Assembly: GCA_964016885.1 (NCBI GenBank)
Contig: OZ024740.1
Location: 62,248,001 to 62,312,000 of the forward strand
DNA: 64,000 nucleotides
Reading direction: 5' to 3'
DNA from: Eledone cirrhosa
Lineage: Eukaryota
Each line of letters opens with the position of its first letter. The stretch's first letter is position 1. Positions 12,601 through 27,600 of the stretch are shown here, piece by piece. The position numbers and the translations under genes are program-made. Under the pieces are notes generated by a model. It was not told where the DNA came from. It was given only the letters and a program-made list of their open reading frames with translations, and ran no database searches.

Positions 12601-15600
12601 TCTCATTTAAGAAACTAGCATTTTAATTATATACAAAAAATATTGTTACTGTTTCTATCATTGATTTTTGTAGAAGTAAAGTCATGAGCAAGTTGATTTG
12701 AAAGAGAAAGCTGAACTTGCATAAATGTGGTATCATTGCCCGTTAAATTTTGAGTCACTTTATGTACAAAATATACCAAATGTTTTGTTGTTTATTTTTT
12801 CAGATTGTTACTTCATCATACACTGACCTTCAGGATTACACTTACTATTTTGTTCCTGCACCTTGGTTATCAGTGAAGTTGCTAAGGCTGCTACAGAATT
12901 ATCCTCCTCCAGGTAAACAATTTCTAACTACTAGATCTTACTTGCAAAGCATTGCAGAGGGTGAATAGAGCCAGTGATGAATGTTTTGAAGAGAAATTAA
13001 ATAAGATGGTTGGATTATATGTTGTTGAAGGATGAAAGTGACTGGATGAGAGAAGTGCTGGAAATGAATGTGGAAGGAAGTAGAGGAAGAGATAAACCAG
13101 GAAGAACATGGCTAAAGATGACAGAAGGACTAAAAGCAAGGTGAATGATGAGGGATCAATGCAGATGATGGGGCAAAATGAAGATCATCATCATAGGGCT
13201 CATAAGGCTACCCCCACTTTAACAGAGAAAATGACCATAAAATGTTATTGCTTGCTTTTACTGTTTTTTTTTTTAATTCCAAGTTTAGTGTTATACTACA
13301 GTCAACGCAAGTTGATTTTGTGTTTTAACTGGTTTATTTTGTTTCTAGTGAAACAATGTGGTACAGTGTTACTGACCCATTGTATTGAGCTTTCTTTGTT
13401 TTAATTTTACTGTTTAGTCAGGGAGAGAAGGGAAGTCTCATAACCTTTTTGAGGGAATCCGAGACTGTTGGGAAGAAAAGAAGGATGGAGATATCTTCAA
13501 ACTGGGGACTTCGTCAAAATGTTTGCGACAGGGTGGATTCTGCCTGACACCCATGAGTTAGGTGGTGGTGTTAAACTGGGGGTAGATGAAGTTTACCAGT
13601 CAAATGAGCTACATCAAGATTTGAACTCAGAATGCAAACTGTTGGAATAAATACTATGAACCATCTTGTTCAACATTAATAATATTGCCAATCAACTGGC
13701 CTTTCAGTATTTGTTCCAGCTCTCTGCTCTTCAAGTTCAAATCTTGCTGAAGTCAACTATCCCTTTCATTTTTTTCGGGTTTGATAAAATAAAGTACCAG
13801 TCCAAGGCAACCTATTAGTGAAATTTTTAAAGCATGGGACGAAATTCCTTGCAGTATTTGATCCAACTCTTTGCATTCTGAGTTGAAATTCCACTGTTGT
13901 CAGGTAGACGATCCATTTCTTGGTTTAACACCATCTTCTGACCATTCAGTTTGTTTAGCAAAGTCCACTCTGTTGCAAGCATTATGGCCAAGTCTCAGAT
14001 GGAGGATACCTTCAGCTTTCCTTTTCAACAGTCTTGGAGGCTTTGAAAAGGGCCATGGGTAGAAGAAATCTGTTGTCAACAAAGTATTTCTGTTTCCATG
14101 CAAATAGAAAACAATATCAAACATCTATGAGGATGTTAAATGTAGATTTGCTGAGGCTGGTAAGGAATGGGGAGATTATGATCTGTCAGATGGGTAATAT
14201 TAGCTTACTTGTGAGACATAATTGAGCTGAATGGTTTGGTTTTAAAATCATCAGAAGCTGTGTAGAGGATATTACTTTGCTGGCATGGATATGTCATTTG
14301 AATGGATAAGTGCTGGTTGAAATAGCACTATGTACTCTTGGTATATGTGGAAAAGGAAGACATTGGAAACTAGTAGGGTCAGTTCTCAAAATGCTGAAGT
14401 TCACCATAAATGATAAAAAGCCAAACCACCTGGCAAATGTACTATAGAGCAGACATATCCAGTGATGCCACCATGGAAAATTAAATGATGATGATATTTG
14501 CTATTTTTCACTGCTGGAAAGTTTTAAATCTAAAATGGGGGAGTTTGTTTTGTAGAACCACAGGTAGTTTTGAGGGGGTTGGCATCAAAAGGGTTAAAGA
14601 AAAAATTGTTTGTGTAATTACATGTAAGCATTTAATGTATCTCAACTTTGTATGTAAGACCCAGATGATATTTTGTGAGCTCCTTTTTGATTTAAAAAAA
14701 AAGTGAGTCTGAAATTCCATCAAATATGGTAATTATTATTGTTTTCATTTACTTATACTTATTCATTCATTTGCCCATACAGCACAATGACTTTGTTTTG
14801 CATATGATTTTTTTCTTTTTTTCCCACTAAAATCTGATGTAAGAATTTATTTTCTCTCTACCAGAGGATCCAGCCGTTCGCACACGTCTCACGGAATGCT
14901 TAGAAACTATACTCAACAAAGCACAAGAAGCACCTAAATCTAAAAAGGCGCAGCATTCCAATGCCAAAAACGCAGTATTGTTTGAAGCAATTAATCTAAT
15001 CATTCACATGGACAGTGATCCTAATCTTCTAGTTAGAGCTTGTAACCAGCTTGGACAGTTTCTTCAGCACAGAGAGACCAATCTCAGGTATATCATTGCC
15101 CTTTCATTTTTTATGTTTTTATTTTTATTGTTTAGTCAGGTAGTACTCGTGACATTTTTCAGGGGATCTAAGATTGACGAGAGAGAAGAAGTTAGAAAGG
15201 TGTCCTCAAACTGGAGGCAAGGCCTAAATATTTGCCTCTAATTAGGCTCTGCTAAAGGCACCCCAAAATAAGGTGGTGGTCTTTAAACTGGGGTCACAGT
15301 GTTTAAATGAGGCCACAGCAGGATTTGAACTCAAAAGAACAAAGAGCTGGAACAAATACTGCAAGTCACCTTCTCCAATGCTCTAACAATCTTGCCAATT
15401 TACTGTCCTGGACTTTATTCTAACAACCCCATAAAGAGGAAAGACAAAGTTGACTTCAGTGAGGTATGAATTCAGATTGTACAGAGCAAATGTCACAAAG
15501 CATTTTTTCTATACTCTGAAGACTATCACATTACTGTCTAGTATCAATTTAAAAATTGTTTATATCTGTAGTATCTCTTTGTAGTTAACCTTCTTTATTC

Positions 15601-18600
15601 TTCTAAATGGTGGTTTGTTTTGACTTTAGTGTATGCTATTATGTAGAGGTAACATCTCTAAATGGATAAAATTATGTCAGGTGCAAGCATTTATGAGGAA
15701 ACACTGCATTTTACAATACATAAGATACCCTCATATATAAGACCAGTTTCTTTGAAGAAAAAAATATGGAGAAAAAAATTGTAGCAGTATTAAAGAATTC
15801 TGTTTAGTGTATGACGTAAACAGATTTTAACATCAACCTTTTAGGTAAAAATAAAATGTCTTATACAATGACTGTAAATCTATATATCAGATTGACGTTA
15901 CATTTTTTTTTTCTGTATTTTTTTATTTCTTTATATTTCATATGTTCTTTTTGTAGATATCTAGCATTGGAGAGTATGTGTTTGTTAGCAACATCTGAGT
16001 TTTCCCATGAGGCCGTAAAGAAGCACCAAGAAACTGTTATCACCTCTTTGAAGGTATTTTCGCCCCTCTTTATTCATTCTCTGTGATCTGGTTTAAAATA
16101 GGTCCTTTGTGTCTCTGAGTGTTGTAAGAATTGACTAAAAGAGTTGGCACCAAGAAGGGCACCCAGCTATAAAACTTTGCTTAAAAAATGATTACTATGA
16201 AGTTTCTCATGGGGCCTGCAAGGTCTACTTCAGCAAGTAAAATAGCTTTTACCAATGTTCTTTTCTTTTCTCTGTATAGCACTTCTTGTTACTGAATATT
16301 CCACTTGTCACTGTAGCAACTTTCATGAATGTCTCTACTTAGCATTGTGGCAATAATTATGAATGTGGGCAATAGGTCGGCAGAATTAGTAGAGCTGCAG
16401 ACAAAATACTATGTGAAGTTTACACCATTTTATATTCCAATTTCGAATCTTGTAAAAGTGAACTTTGCTTTTCATCCTTCAGGGGCTGATAACATAAGTA
16501 ACAGTGTAGTAGTGCAGCCAATATAATCAACTGTGATCTTACTTGCAAATGAGAGGCCTCTTGTCTATGTTAGGAATCATGTATCAATGTTTGTGACTAT
16601 CCATTTCTGATATAGACAACATTTATGCTATTTGTGATCAGGGTAATATTTATGACTACCTATATGTGATTCTGTGATACAGGCAATATATGTGACTGTA
16701 TTCCTGATAGAAACAATTGTGAATGTGTACATTGTGATATAGGCAACATCTAGATAGTATCAGCAATGGAAACTTTATTTCCATGGTCCTATTTGACAAG
16801 TTCCACCCACTCGGTAAGCAAATGCGGTCTGGTATTTTGTCGATCATTTGTTCATTCACCTATTTATAATAGAAATAACATTTGTAGTTGTGTGTATTTG
16901 TGATATAGGCAATATTTGTGACTGTCTGTTTCTGACAGAGGAACATTTGGTGACTGTCCATTTGCCATACAGGCAAATATAGGTGATGTATATTTGCAGG
17001 ATGGGTCTATTTGCAATCAAGACATCAATTATGACTTGTCTCCATTTGCTGTAGCTAGTGCCACAATTAAAATGAATGCAGTACATCTTGATTGTAAAGT
17101 GGTTGGTGTTAGGAAGGGCATCCAGCTGTGGAAACCTGCCAAACTTTGGAACATATGAGCAAATTGGGGTTTTTCTAACATGTCTAGACTAAAAAGCAGA
17201 TGTGAAATGATGATGATGATGAAAACATTTGTGACTGTGTATTTGTAATAGAAACATCATTTATTTTAAAAGCAATATTTTTTTTAAATGTCAACTATTG
17301 ATTGTAAAAATCTTTGCGAAAGCAACAACTTGTGAATGTCCACTAGTGATGAATCATAAAATATTTCTAGTATTGATCTAGTATGTAGTTGGGGAGAGAT
17401 TGGAGCCCTGAAAAGTTAAACTGTTACTAGCAGTGAGCCAAGCTCATAACATAGGCATTTCATAACTATATGTTTTTAACCCTTTCATTACCATATTTAG
17501 CATAAAATTATGATGGAAGGTTTTTATATAAATAAAAACACTTTAAAACAAGTAACTTTGTATCAGAGAACCAGTAGTTTCTGGTGGTTTGGTATCAAAA
17601 GTGTTAAAGAAATACAGTTTTAAGTTTCAATTAATCTTGAAGTTAATCAAGAATTTGAAATAATTTAGTAAAATATCTAACTTGTTGATTAATTAGTATA
17701 TTAACCATTTAGCATTTACATTACTCTATATTTACTATTGTATTTTTGTGGTAAAAGCGTTATCTTATATAATTATCTCACTTAATATCAAATCTACGAG
17801 ATTTTGATGTTATTTATTTTGAGAACAATACCTCAACATAAGTATGAGCGATCAGTTACAGCTGGTTTCAACAAAGAGAGGTGAGAAAATTCTGGCTGGA
17901 TACGGCCAGTTTAAATGCTATAGGGTAAAGCTAGAGTTTATAATAATAATAATAATGAAATTATTGTGTAAAGTGCTCAGGTGCACTACAACTCGTCAAT
18001 ATAGTACATAGAATAATACACAAATGCCAGGGAAGTACATGTTTGTATGTGTTAGCTGTAGTGTTGGCGGATCTCGGGAAGCATGGAGGCCTTAAAGGAT
18101 GCAGCGTCTCGACAGCTAACAACTGATGCAGGTAGTTTGTTCCATGCTTCAGCAACTCTGAGCGTGAAAAAATGTTTCCGAAAGTCATGGGAACTGTGCT
18201 GTTTTCTTACTTTGTGGGCATGTCCACGTGTGTTAGACACATGGAAATCGAAAAGGCACTCAGGGTTGTTGTTGGCAACATGGTTAACAATTTTGTGGGT
18301 GTTTACCAAGTCAGTTGCCAGGCGTCGGAGCTTCAATGAATCCATGCCCAGGGAAGCAAGGCGATCAGTAAATTCTAGCTTAAAGGGGATGTTTTTAATC
18401 TAAATATAAACATTTTTAATTGATGATCGAGCTGTGTCAATTTCAGAAATGTTACATCTCTTTAAACTTATCATGACCATATTTCTAATGAAAGATACTT
18501 TATTTCAATTAATTAACACTTTTCATTCTAATCACCTGAAACTGCACCTAGTTCTATGATACAAAACTGTTTATTTTTAAGTGTTTTAACAAAAAACCTT

Positions 18601-21600
18601 CCACCATGATTTTATGTAAGAACCTTTGTTAATTTACCAACTTTATGAAAAAGTTAAATATATATTATCAAATCCTTCAAAATTCTTGATTATTTTCAAC
18701 ATTATTTAAAAATCATAAACAGTGTACTTCATTAGAAATTATCATCATTGTTTTTACATTCACTTTTCTACATATGCACGGGTCCACAGCTCAATATCTC
18801 TTTACATGTTGCGATCCTTTGTCATCACCTCTGTGAGTCTCGGTGATTTGTGGTCAGCTCTCACAACCTCTACGCAGGTCTTTCTTGGTCTACCTCTACC
18901 GCGGCTTCTTTCCACTGGTATTTCTTGGCACTTCTTCACCCAACGATCATTGTCCATGTATATCACATGTCTAAACCAACGCAATCTTCTCTCTTGCACA
19001 CCACTTCAGATTCCTCTTAAACCTAGATGAAAAAGTTAATGAAGTATTTTGAGGGATTTACTAAAATCATATTGAGAGATTTTAATTTAAATAGGAACTT
19101 ATAAAATGGGTGGGTTTGTTTTATAGAACCAGAGCTGGTTTTGGCTGGTTTGGTATCAAAAGAGTTAAACATAGAGAGCCTTGTGCTTATGTCAGTAATA
19201 AATACTGCAAGATGACTTGTAAAATATAAGAGACTACTTATGCTTTTGTGTGTGTGTGTTTTTTTTAAACACTTTTTTTGTTTGTTTGTTTTTCTCCCAG
19301 ACGGAACGAGATGTGAGTGTGCGTCAGCGAGCTGTCGACTTATTATATGCCATGTGTGACAGGACCAATGCGGAAGAGATTGTGGCAGAAATGTTGGAAT
19401 ATCTGGAATCTGCTGATTACTCTATTCGAGAGGAAATGGTATGTTTTTCAACAGTTTTTTTTTTTTTTAAATGCTGAGCTGCACATTTCTCTTTAATAGC
19501 TTTGTAGTAGTAAACTTATTTAACTATGTTTTCCTCTGAGATGATAATTTATTATTTTATTCAAGCCATTAATTATTTTCAAAATCAAATTTGCGATTAC
19601 ATGTTCTTCTTATTTATACAAATCAATACTTTAAACTATTGATTTCTGTTATTTCTAAATTATCATCTTCATCATTGCCATTTTACATTCGTTTTTCCAT
19701 GCTTGTATATATTATTTTTTTTTATTTGCTTTCTAGAAAGGTCAAAATAGTGAATTTTACATTCTAGAATAGTAAGAATTGTAGCAGTAGTGGTGGTGGT
19801 GGTAAATACAAATTCTAATATAAAGATCTGGAAAACAGGATTCCTTAGATTTGAAGAGGCTGAAAACAAAAACAATTCCCATAATGCCTTAGGAATAATA
19901 ATAATAATTATTATTAATTATTATTTCTACTTTTGGCACAAGGCCAGCAGTTACCCAGTGTATTACTGGTACTTTATTTTATCGACCCCGTAAGGATGAA
20001 AGGCAAAGTTAACCTCGGCGGGATTTGAACTGAGAATGGCAAGGGCCGTAACTTTATGCGTCAAAGCATGGCGCCCGACCCTCTACCAATACTGCCAATC
20101 CACCGCCCTAATAATAATAATAATAATAATAACAAAAACATGCAGGAAAAATATATAACCAACATACAGAAAATAACACTACTAGGTATTGCATGCATAT
20201 TACATAGACTACTTTTAATACAATAGAAACATCATAAGCAAAATAAAACAATAACCTAGGCACAAAAAGCTGTGCTTGGACTAGCAGCCAGTGCACAATA
20301 AATATAAGAATACTGCAGACCCAACTGAGGGACCAGCTATAGAAGTATGACAGCACTGTGATAGATAAAGCAATTAAAGATAAGAAGGTAGGGAAGGCAG
20401 CTGAACCATCTAGTATAGTTGCTGAGATGCTAAAGGCATCTGACATAGTAGGATATGAGCTAGTTAGAAGTATAGTTAATTAAATAGTACAAGTAGGAGT
20501 CATATCAGCGACTCTTTCTTTAGACATTCTGAACGCACCTGTAGTTTGTGATCTCTTAAGCTACAAACTCGCTGATCTCTGAGTTGCAGTCTATCGAGTT
20601 ACGTTATTCCAAAGACCCTTCAGAGGAACCCCATTTTGGCTGCTTGTATTCACCATTGTATTCTTTCAGTCATTACCCAAGATTCACTAACATAGGTAAG
20701 GGTTGGCAAAGTATCAGTCCAATATTAGCATTGATTATTCCTTTATCTCTCTTTCTTACTTTCTCTCACTCTCTCTGAATTCTATAGAAGAAATCTGCTG
20801 TGTTCAGACCTGGAGAGGGATGGTCTCTGCCAGTTCAAAATACCCTTGAAACACTGTATGTCATGACAACACCTCTATGACTCAATCAGGAGTTAAGGGT
20901 CCATCAGTGGAAAGATTCACTTTACAGTTTTTTAAATAATGCTTGACTGACTACTTCTTTATGTGCCAGTTGCCATTAAGACCTCAGGTGTCCTCAGTCT
21001 CTGAACTGCTGAGTTCCTCTGTAAAATCAGAAAGACAACAGTCCACCTGAGGGTGGCCATTCTCCACATCAATGCCTTTACCATTTTTGAAACATACCTC
21101 TCAGACAGGGGTGAAGAGTCTGTTGCTCCCTCCCCTCTTTCCCTTTCTTTCATTGCTTAATTTCTTTTTCTTATTGCTATTTATATTGTATATTTCTTTT
21201 CACATTTTCTCTTTAGTTTAATAAACTTATTAATACTTCATTTGTTTCTTAGTAATTTTAAAAATTTGTTTCCTAGGTCCTAAAAGTGGCCATTTTAGCT
21301 GAGAAATATGCTGTAGATTACACCTGGTATGTGGATGTAATTCTAAACCTAATCCGAATTGCTGGAGATTATGTGAGTGAAGAGGTAGGTGCACACAATG
21401 TTTTCATATCTCATTAAAAATGGATTTTCTAATCTTGACATTTTTTTGCAGACTTTTTTGTTTTTGTCTTGGCATATTTTACATTGATGTTTGTTTTATA
21501 TCTTTTTTCTTCTTAAATTCCTAAATATTCCTCATTGTTATAATTAATCTGTTTACAATCTGTAATAAAATACACTGCATTTTTAATTAATTAATGAAGA

Positions 21601-24600
21601 ATTCAGGGATTTACTAAAATTATTGTTTCATTATTAAGATGGTATTTGTAATATAACTTAATACAAGGTTCCTATTTAAAATTATGTTGGAAGGTTTTAA
21701 TCTAAGTAACAACCCATTAACCCTTTAGCATTTGCATTACTCTATATTTACTATTGTATTTTCACCTTTCATAATTATCTCACATAATATTGAATCAATG
21801 AGATTTTGATGTTATTTATTTGAGAACAATACTTTAACATCAGTTTGAGTGGCCGGTTATGGCCAGTTTCAATAGAAAGAGCTGAGAGAATTCTGGCTAG
21901 ATACAGCAAGTTTAAATGCTAAAAGGTTAAAATGGGTGGTTTTGTTTCATATAAATTGCAGTTTGGGACATGTTTTGTCTCAAAAGGTCTAATGCTTCAA
22001 TCTGTACCATAAACAGGCAAAGTCCACTGTTGAAAGTAGTATGGTAACTGGTGAGCACATCCACAGTTTGCAGGTTCTCCCAAGGACTATTAGATAGATG
22101 TATACTACTCAGGATACTATTACTTTTTTTAAATTAGAAACCATCAGCAGTCGTTAGTATTAGACAAATGCTTAGCAGCATTTGTTCTGGTTTTTACTTT
22201 CTGAATTTAAATCCTTCTGAAGTCAATTTTGCCTTTCACCCTTCCGAGGTCGATAAACTAAGGTACGAGTACAGTACTGAGGTCGATATAATTGGACTTT
22301 TCCTCCTGTCCCAAAATTGCTTGCCTTGTGCCAATGTGAGAAAGAAATATTATTATTATCTGTTGATTATCATTATTATTGGTAGATTACCAGTATCAGT
22401 AGATCGACGGACAACATGCTTTGTGGCATAGAATTATGTCCCTTTACATTCTGATCTGAAACCCACCAAGGTTAGCTTTGCCTCTCATCCTTACTTGGGT
22501 CGGTTTAATCAACTTTCCCCTCTCCCCCAAATTGTTGGCTTTCTGCCTAAAACAAAAACCATTATCTGTTGGTTGAATTGTTAGCATGTTGGATAAAAAA
22601 ATCTTGTGATATTCCATACACATGCACACATGTATATCATGACTCATACACTGTTCACTTTCCTGACATTTGTACATTATTCTATGTACTATACATGCAC
22701 CTTTGATGAGTTGTAGTGCACCTGAGCACTATACATAATAATTTCATTATCTTTTTACATTCTGAGCTCAAATCGCTCAAAGGTCAACTTTTCCTTTCGT
22801 TCTCCAAGTATCAGTGAAGTACTGGGTTTTTTTATTTATTAATTAATCATATACAATCTTTAGTTCTCCTTAGTAACTAGATGGATGACTGTTTTGGAAA
22901 AATATCTACATAATTGCTAGATACAATATGTACCAATTACATTCAGTAACTTTAAATTACAAAAACCTAAAAAACAAAAGTCCTGCGATGTAAGTCTTAG
23001 AATCTTATGATGAAAGAAAAAAGGAAATGAGTAATTAGGATGTAAATAGGATTGTTGGAATGTTCTAATTATATTCTAGTGTTGTCAAGAAGTTAAATCA
23101 ATATGTTGTGCAAATGTAATATGTTGTGCAAATGTAAATAGTCAATTGCTAAGCTTAAGTGATCAGCTATTTTAACTTCAGGAGAGGGAGATGAAATGAA
23201 TATGCCTTTCTTCATCATTATCATCATCATATGTCTGTTTTCCATGTTGGCATCAATTGAATCATTAATATCAAAAGCATTAAGCATTAGGTCTTAATTG
23301 TTATTTAGCTAAAAACATAGACCACAAAGATCTTATCTTAAGCCTTTCCTAACCATATTTCTAATGAAAGATACTATCTGTGATTTTCAAATAATTTTGA
23401 ATATAAAGAATTCGGCAGGGTTTAGTAAAATAATTTTCTCGTTAAGATAGTGTTTCGAACATATTTTAAAAGTTTTTACATAAGATTATGATGGAAGGTT
23501 TTTTTTTAGATAAATATAAACTCTTTAAAATAAACAGTTTTGTATCATAGAGCTAGAGGCAGTTTCAGGTAGGTTGGTATCAAAAGGGTTAATTCTAGGG
23601 TGTTTGTTGTAAATAAGATACCACTTCAGGCTGTACGTTCTATATTTTAGAAATGAAAAACTGTTTGCCATCTTCTTACAGGTCTGGTATCGAGTTATCC
23701 AGATTGTCATTAACAGAGATGATGTACAAGGATATGCTGCCAAGACAGTCTTTGAAGTAAGTAATTTTTCATTCTGTATATCTGTTGCTTCTGTTCACTA
23801 TAATATTTCATGGGGCCTGCAAGTTTAACTTCTGCTTTAGCAGGGAAAATGGCCTTTAAACGCTTGTTTATTGATATATTTCTGAAGTTACATTATAATC
23901 ATTTTAACTCTTTTGTGACCACATTTCTAATGAGATACATTGTATTTCAATTAATGAAGAATTTGGAGGATTGACTGAAAATGTTATTTCATTATTAAGA
24001 TGGTATTAGTAACAATTTAACCCTTTAAAATGAGTGGTTTTATTTCATAGAACCTGAGTAGGTTATGAGCACATTATCTTTTTTGCAGTTCTGATAGTGT
24101 TTGCTATATATATAACTACTCTAATCTTGAGGGAGCCACTATTCAATCATGGAATCTGCCCTCATAGACGGTTAACTTGTGATGCCAATTGCAGAATCCA
24201 TACCTTCATTGTATTTATCTCGTTTTTAATTGGCTTATATACTGTTTTTACTATTCTATTTAAATAGTTTGTGTTGTATATTTTTTTTCTTTGTGAGGCA
24301 TAATAGTTTGGTTAAGGGGTTTGCTTCTTAATCATATGATCTGGGTTCAGTTCCACAGCCCAATGCCTCAGGAAAGTGTCTTCTACTCCAGTCTCAGGTT
24401 GACCAATGCCTTGTGAGTGGAAGGCAGAAACTGCAGAAGCTTGTAGTAGAGATGTGTGTGTGTGTGTTTACACTTGTGTTTGTGTTCCATAACTTGACAG
24501 TTTGACAAAAAAACAAAAACAATAAAGTAAGTACCAGGCTTGAAAAAATTAGTACTGTGGTCAATATGATCAAATAAATCAAAGGCAGTGCCCCAGCATG

Positions 24601-27600
24601 ATGTTGATAATTATGGTGAAGGAGAGTGGGTGGAGATTGTGATTAAGACAATTATTTTGTTTTATTTCAATTCTAGATTGCCTGAAATTAAATGTTTGCT
24701 CATTCTCTTTACTTCGTTCCAGGCACTACAAGCTCCTGCCTGTCATGAAAACATGGTGAAAGTTGGAGGTTATATTCTGGGCGAGTTTGGCAACCTTATT
24801 GCTGGTGACCCAAGATCAAGGTGAAGTACCTGTTATTGTTAGTCTGTTTCACTATCAACATCTTGAAATTAGAAATTACTATATTACAAAATTTTTACAG
24901 TAAATAATATGTGGCCGGTGCTCAGGTGCAATAAGTAGCAGCAAGTGCCCACAGAATACTAGCTTATTCCATTGCACAAATGGTTCTATAGAAATAGTGG
25001 ACAGCTTCCGTTACCTGGGTGACAAAATCAGCAGTGGGGGAGGGTGCTCTGAAAGTACAGTAGCTAGAGTCAGAACGGGATGGAAAAAGTTCAGAGAGCT
25101 TATACCACTATTGGCCGCTAAAGGGTTCTCTCTAAAAATGAAAGGCAGGCTGTATGATGCCTGCATACGAACAGCAATGTTACATGGCAGTGAGACGTGG
25201 GCATTGTGTGCAGAGGATATATGCAGACTGGAGAGAAACGAAGCTTGCATGCTCCGCTGGATGTGTAATAGTAATATACGTGAACGGCAAAGCATAAACG
25301 AACTAAGGGAGAAATTAGGAATAAGAGGGATCAGATGTTGTTTACTCGAGAGAAGACTACGTTGGTACAGTCACGTGATGCGCATGAAAGACGACAGCTG
25401 TATAAAAAAGTGCAGGACGATAAAAATAGACGGTAGCCACGGAGTAGGCAGACCCAGAAAAACCTGGGACAACTTGATAAATTCCGACCTCACACACTTA
25501 CACCTCTCCAAGACAATGTCACTAGACCGAGATCTTTGGCGCTACACAGTAATAGAGAAGACCCGCCTTACCTAAGTACAAAGTGAAACCTACTACAGTC
25601 AGTAGGCACCTCTAACAAAATACAACCCCGTCCCACTACCCCCACCCCATCCACACCACCCCTTTCAATGTAAAGTTATGTTGGTACCACAACATTCAGC
25701 CCAAAACAAATGAGGTCGTGTAGGTGTCACGACAAAAAAAAAACACACAGTCCACGCTGTAATGTGGCCGTGTAGGTAACATGGTAAAAACCTCCCAGTC
25801 CACACTGTAAACGTGGTTGGTGTTAGGAAGGGCATCCAGCCGTAGAAAACCCGCCAGACAGTCCTATACGAGCAGGACAACCAATCTTGCCTCAAGTGGG
25901 AAAACTCCCATCCAAACCCATGCAAGCGTGGAAGATGGACGTTAAACGATGATGATGATGATGATGAATATATATTATTACTACTTACTACTTTATATAT
26001 ATATATATATAAATGTCGTCCTTGTCACACATTGTGTCATGCTGAATCTCCATAAAAATTATATTAAAGGTACATGTGCCTTTGAAATAGTCAGCCACTT
26101 ACACATTCATTTCACAAGTAGGCTGTTCTGTTAGCACTTTAGCATTTAAACTGGCTGTATACAGCCAGAATTCTCTCACCTCTTTCTCTTCAAACCTGCC
26201 ATAACTGGCTACTCATACTGATGTTAAGGGATTGTTCTCAAAATAAATAATATCAAAATCTTGTAGATTCGATATTAAGTGAGATAATTATGTAAGATAA
26301 AGTCTTTACCACAAAAATATAATAGTATATATAGAGTAATGCAAATGCTAAAGGGTTAAACAACTGGGACTCTCATCAGCTGAGTTCCATTTTCTTTTGC
26401 TTTTTAAAAAATTAATATTTCAGCTAGACTGCTATCTAAATGTTCCTTAACCTGTGATATTTTCTCTCTTTATAACGACAATATTTCATATTTTTGTTTT
26501 TTAGTCCTATTGTTCAGTTTGAGTTGCTCCATTCAAAATACCACTTATGTGGTGCAGCTACCAGAGGGTTGTTATTGTCAACATATATTAAATTTGTCAA
26601 TTTGTTTCCTGAGATTAAATCATCTATTCAAGAGGTATGTACATTCATTTTTATAAGCTGTATTTTTATAAATAAAGGTATATGAAAAATTTCACTTTAT
26701 TTAAAAATATTCTGATGGCTTGATCAAATCTTTGCTATATAGAAGTATCACATCACCATCTGATGTCTATTTGTTCCATCCTGGCATGGGTTGTACATGT
26801 CATCATGATCCAGATCAGTACTTACTAGGAATTACTGTCCTAGATGAGTTGGGGATCACATTTCACTCATACATATCATTTCAACATGGTTTCTATGGTT
26901 GGTTTCCCTTCCTGATTTATAGAGTATACTGGGTGCTTTTTATCATGGCTCCAACACTAGGAAGGTTGTCATGTCTTTGATGTGACTGAAGTGTCCTGTC
27001 TACCCTATGTTGCTACTATTCAATTATCAACCAATTTACAGAATGTACTGAGTGCATTTTATCATAGCACTGGCACTAGAGAGGTTGCAATGTCTTGTGC
27101 AAGGCTAAAAGGTCCCCTCTATGCCACATAATCTCTATCCATTCAAGGCAAACAAAACTGGAATCGAGATAGAAGGGGATTGATGTAACTGAAATTTAAA
27201 ATAGAATAAATAAAGTTGCTTGAAATTCATTTCTTAAGATAATTAGTGATGTAAGGATGGGGAAATTACTACTCTGTATTATGAATTAAAATCCTCTCAT
27301 GGTCACCTTGCTTTTCATCCTTCTGAGGACAACTTTGCTTTTCATCTTTCTGAGATTGATAAAATAAAATAGTCTAGGGTGGTGGCTTAGTGGAATTATT
27401 AGTGTATCGAATGAGATGCTTTGTGACATTCGTTCATGTTCTTTGTATTTTTAGTTCAAATACTATTGTAGCTCACTTGGGTGGTTGATATAATCTCACT
27501 CAATTTAACAACATGACCTTAGCAGAGTTCACTTTGATCAAATTTCCAGTTAAAGGGAGGGTATCATACTCCCTCCCACCACTCTTGGAGGTCTTGAAAA

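Noticed and set aside
14861-14870. NAGNAG alternative acceptor at the PPP(E)DP junction
   Set aside because: The sequence is CAG AGG, so there is no second in-frame AG.
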